A stretch of DNA of 64,000 nt from an uncultured delta proteobacterium (lineage in GTDB: Bacteria; Desulfobacterota; Binatia; UBA9968): positions 32,001 to 96,000 of the forward strand of contig CAWJBB010000050.1 of assembly GCA_963840855.1 (NCBI GenBank). Reading direction: 5' to 3'. Of this stretch, positions 61,362 to 64,000 are shown in pieces. Made by a program: the position numbers and the translations under genes. The stretch's first letter is position 1. Each line of letters opens with the position of its first letter. A model generated the notes under the pieces. That model had not been told where the DNA came from. It searched no databases and worked only from the letters and a program-made list of their open reading frames with translations.

Positions 61362-62348
61362 TCACTTGATCACTCTATCCGCTCTCGCCAGCACGTTTGG
61401 TGGAATCGTCAGGCCGATCTGCTTGGCGGCTTTGAGATTGATGATGAAGTCGAACTTCTTCGGCTGCTCCACCGGGAGATCGGCAGGCTTGGCGCCTTTG
61501 AGAATCTTGTCAACATAGGTCGCGGCGCGGCGGAACAAGTCGGTAATGCTCACGCTATAGGTCATAAGCCCGCCGTCCTCTACATTTTCTGGCCAAGAAT
61601 ATATTGCGGGAAGCCGGCTCTTTACCGCGAATTCTGCAGTCTGCGTTCGCTGAGAAAGGAAGACGGGGCTTGTCAACACCAGGACGGCGTCGGCACGCCC
61701 CTTGCTCGAGGCTTGAAATGCACTCTCAATATCCTTCGGAGCTAATACTTCCAGGTACTGAAGCTGCACCTTCAACGCCTCTGCGGCGAGTTCCGTCTCT
61801 TTTAACATTTGTGCCGTGCCCGCTCTGGTCGAATTGCCGATGACGGCCACCCGCGTGAGCTTCGGAACGATCTCTTTCAGAAGCTCTAGTTGCTTTCCGC
61901 TTATCTCCGGGGCGAGAGTCGACAATCCAGTAATATTCCCTCCCGGTCGCGCAAGGCTGGCGACGAACCCCGAGCCGACAGGGTCATCATCAAGCGCCAT
62001 GACAATAGGAATCGTGGAAGTTGCTTCCTTGGCGGGACGGGTAACTGTCGGACCGGCCGAGACGATGATGTCCACCCTGAGACGCACCAGTTCGGCTGCA
62101 AGCTCACTTAGGCGATCTACTTTTCCCTCCGCATATCGCCACTCAATGGCGATGTTTTTCCCCTCCACGTATCCCAACTCGCGTAGCCCCTGCTTGAATG
62201 CCTCGATGCGGGCCGAGATAGTCGAAGGGGAGACAGCGCTTAGGAACCCTAGGCGTGGGACTTTCTTCGCCTGCTGCGCCTCGGCTGTAACTCCAACAGC
62301 AAGCAGTATCACTGCAACCAGGATTGATGGCACCGCAGCTTTCTTCAT
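61362..62348 (-). CDS. ABC transporter substrate-binding protein paralog
   Basis: EAQQAKKVPRLGFL, SLARPGGNITG, GAKPADLPVEQP. Confidence 0.93.
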   Translation of the reverse strand: MKKAAVPSILVAVILLAVGVTAEAQQAKKVPRLGFLSAVSPSTISARIEAFKQGLRELGYVEGKNIAIEWRYAEGKVDRLSELAAELVRLRVDIIVSAGPTVTRPAKEATSTIPIVMALDDDPVGSGFVASLARPGGNITGLSTLAPEISGKQLELLKEIVPKLTRVAVIGNSTRAGTAQMLKETELAAEALKVQLQYLEVLAPKDIESAFQASSKGRADAVLVLTSPVFLSQRTQTAEFAVKSRLPAIYSWPENVEDGGLMTYSVSITDLFRRAATYVDKILKGAKPADLPVEQPKKFDFIINLKAAKQIGLTIPPNVLARADRVIK

Positions 62349-62457
62349 TGCGCACCTTGTTCTTGCGGGTTTTTATCACGGATACGGTAGCTGAGAAAAG
62401 TGTTATTTACGGCAGAAGGAGAACCAGATTCATCGAGGGGGAAAAGGCTAATTTCGA

Positions 62458-62533
62458 CGCAGGATTGAACTGTACGACGCAACGGGCAAATCTCAGAGGA
62501 TTTGTTAGATGGAGAAATCAGTTCAATCCTGCG
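62458..62533. repeat. 70-bp dyad element, complete copy
   Basis: CGCAGGATTGAACTG ... CAAATC-TCAGAG-GATTTG ... CAGTTCAATCCTGCG. Confidence 0.9.
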
Positions 62534-62557
62534 ATTCGCTACTAAGTGTTTCTGCCA

Positions 62558-63531
62558 TCACTTGATCACTCTATCCGCTCTCACCAACACATTCGGCGGA
62601 ATCGTCAGGCCGATCTGTTTCGCGGTCTTCAGATTGATGATGAACTCAAACTTCGTCGGCTGCTCCACCGGCAGGTCGGCAGGCTTGGTGCCCTTGAGGA
62701 TCTTGTCTACATAATACGCCGCACGCCTGAAACTTTCAGCTTCGTCGGCTGAATAGGACATCAGGCAACCAGCCTCCACGTAATCACTTCTTTCACACAT
62801 GGATGGTATTCGGTTCTTTATGGCAAGGTCAGCGATTAACTTTCGATGACTAATGGTCACACCCTGGGTATCGACAATGAGCGCGCTCACACGCCCGCTG
62901 GTCGCCACTTGGAATGCTCCCTCGAAATCAGGGTTTGGACCGCGAACCTCTAGCGAGACAATCTGCACCTTTAGTGCACGCGCCGGAGACTCGTAATCTG
63001 TCGTCAATCCACCCAGGACTCCAATGCGCGACACTCCCGGAATCGCCTCGTTAAGCAATTCCAGCCGTTACCGCTTAAGTCCCTGGTGAGTCTCGTGAGC
63101 CCTGTGATATTTCCGCCTGGATGCGCCAAGCTATCGATTAGCCCAAGCGCGACTGGATCGCCGGTAATCATCATCACGATGGGAATCGTCTTGGTCGCCT
63201 GTTTGGCTGCACGGATACCTGAATTAGCTGCGGAGACAAGCACATCGACCTTGAGCTGTACGAGCTCAGCCGCGAAGCCTCGAAGACGTTCCTCCACCCC
63301 CTCAGCATAGCGATACTCGATAAGGATGTTTTTCCCCTCAATATGACCGAGATCCCTTAGCCCTTGGCGGAATGCATTCTCGAACAGATCGGGACTAGTA
63401 GGCGTCGGCTTGACCCTGTTCGACAAAAATCCGATCCGCGGGCCTTTGCCCGGCTGCTGCGCTTCGGCTGTAACTCCAAGAGCAAGCAACACCACTGCAA
63501 TCAGGATTGATGGCACCGCAGCCCTCTTCAT
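62558..63531 (-). CDS. ABC SBP paralog, frameshifted at ~63070 (one A missing from the Lys codon of LSGKRLE)
   Basis: ORFs 63004-63552 and 62558-63058 join into one SBP. Confidence 0.88.
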
Positions 63532-63644
63532 TGCGCACCTCGTTTCGAGCATTATGTATCACGCCGATAGAGATAAAGGAAAGTGTGATTTACGGGCGGA
63601 AGACGACAGGTATTAGTTGAGTGAGAAAACCCGATTTTAAGCCT

Positions 63645-63716
63645 GAGATTGAACTGATCGACGCAACGGGCAAATTTCACAGGTTTTTGTTCGATGGAGA
63701 AATCAGTTCAATTCTG
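63645..63716. repeat. 70-bp dyad element, complete copy
   Basis: GAGATTGAACTGATCGACGCAACGGGCAAATTTCACAGGTTTTTGTTCGATGGAGAAATCAGTTCAATTCTG. Confidence 0.9.
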
Positions 63717-63740
63717 GCATCGCTGCTTGGTTTTCTGCCA

Positions 63741-64000
63741 TCACTTGATGACTTTGTCTGCTCTCGCCAGCACATTCGGCGGGATCGTTAGGCCGATCTG
63801 CTTTGCCGTCTTCAAATTGATTACCAGCTCGAACTTCGTCGGCTGCTCCACCGGAAGATCCGCAGGTTTGGCTCCCTTCAGGATTCTGTCCACGTAGTAT
63901 GCGACGCGCCGGTAGCTGTCTGCTTCGTCCGCCCCGTAGGAGATGAGCCCACCAGCTTCTGCAAAATTTCTGTTGTTGTACACCGACGGCAAGCGGCTCT
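63741..64000 (-). CDS. ABC SBP paralog, 3' part (5' end outside the window)
   Basis: GGLISYG...[25 protein letters not shown]. Confidence 0.9.
   Translation of the reverse strand, partial: SRLPSVYNNRNFAEAGGLISYGADEADSYRRVAYYVDRILKGAKPADLPVEQPTKFELVINLKTAKQIGLTIPPNVLARADKVIK

Larger units (their letters stand above)
16147..64000. mobile_element. Mosaic genomic island integrated at tRNA-Ser(CGA); right end not seen
   Basis: Displaced tRNA 3' half at the left border; abrupt switch from metabolic genes to phage/IS relics, duplications and pseudogenes. Confidence 0.65.

Noticed and set aside
16467-64000. Complete DGR or retron
   Set aside because: No reverse transcriptase, Avd or template repeat was found by eye in the window.

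Overview
The window has two parts. About 1-16.1 kb is ordinary chromosome: metabolic enzymes, a CbtB-like gene, pirin, a transglutaminase-TusA-DsrE-TusA/MetE operon, VOC proteins, a solute-binding protein and an amidohydrolase. The gene families suggest a Candidatus Binatia-like bacterium (inference). At 16087-16146 a displaced 3' half of tRNA-Ser(CGA), with nearby integrase arm-type repeats, marks the left border of a mosaic genomic island that appears to run past the end of the window; no integrase is visible. The island holds a DUF4062-nSTAND1-FGE/CLec protein whose C-terminus looks like a DGR variable region, a duplicated 5-6 kb module (ATP-dependent ligase, beta-helix protein, phage-like small ORFs, S74-chaperone repeat protein), three decayed SRAP genes, orphan IS91/ISCR-like oriIS ends, phage and IS relics, and an array of ABC substrate-binding-protein (SBP) paralogs. 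The most notable unexplained structure is a ~70-bp symmetric dyad (CAGGATTGAACTGA-N12-ACAAATC-N6-GATTTGT-N12-TCAGTTCAATCCTG). It occurs 10 times as full or half sites, sits about 25 bp after SBP stop codons, and also brackets non-SBP cargo. It is a candidate cassette-recombination system. All family calls come from motif recognition by eye; no database searches were run.
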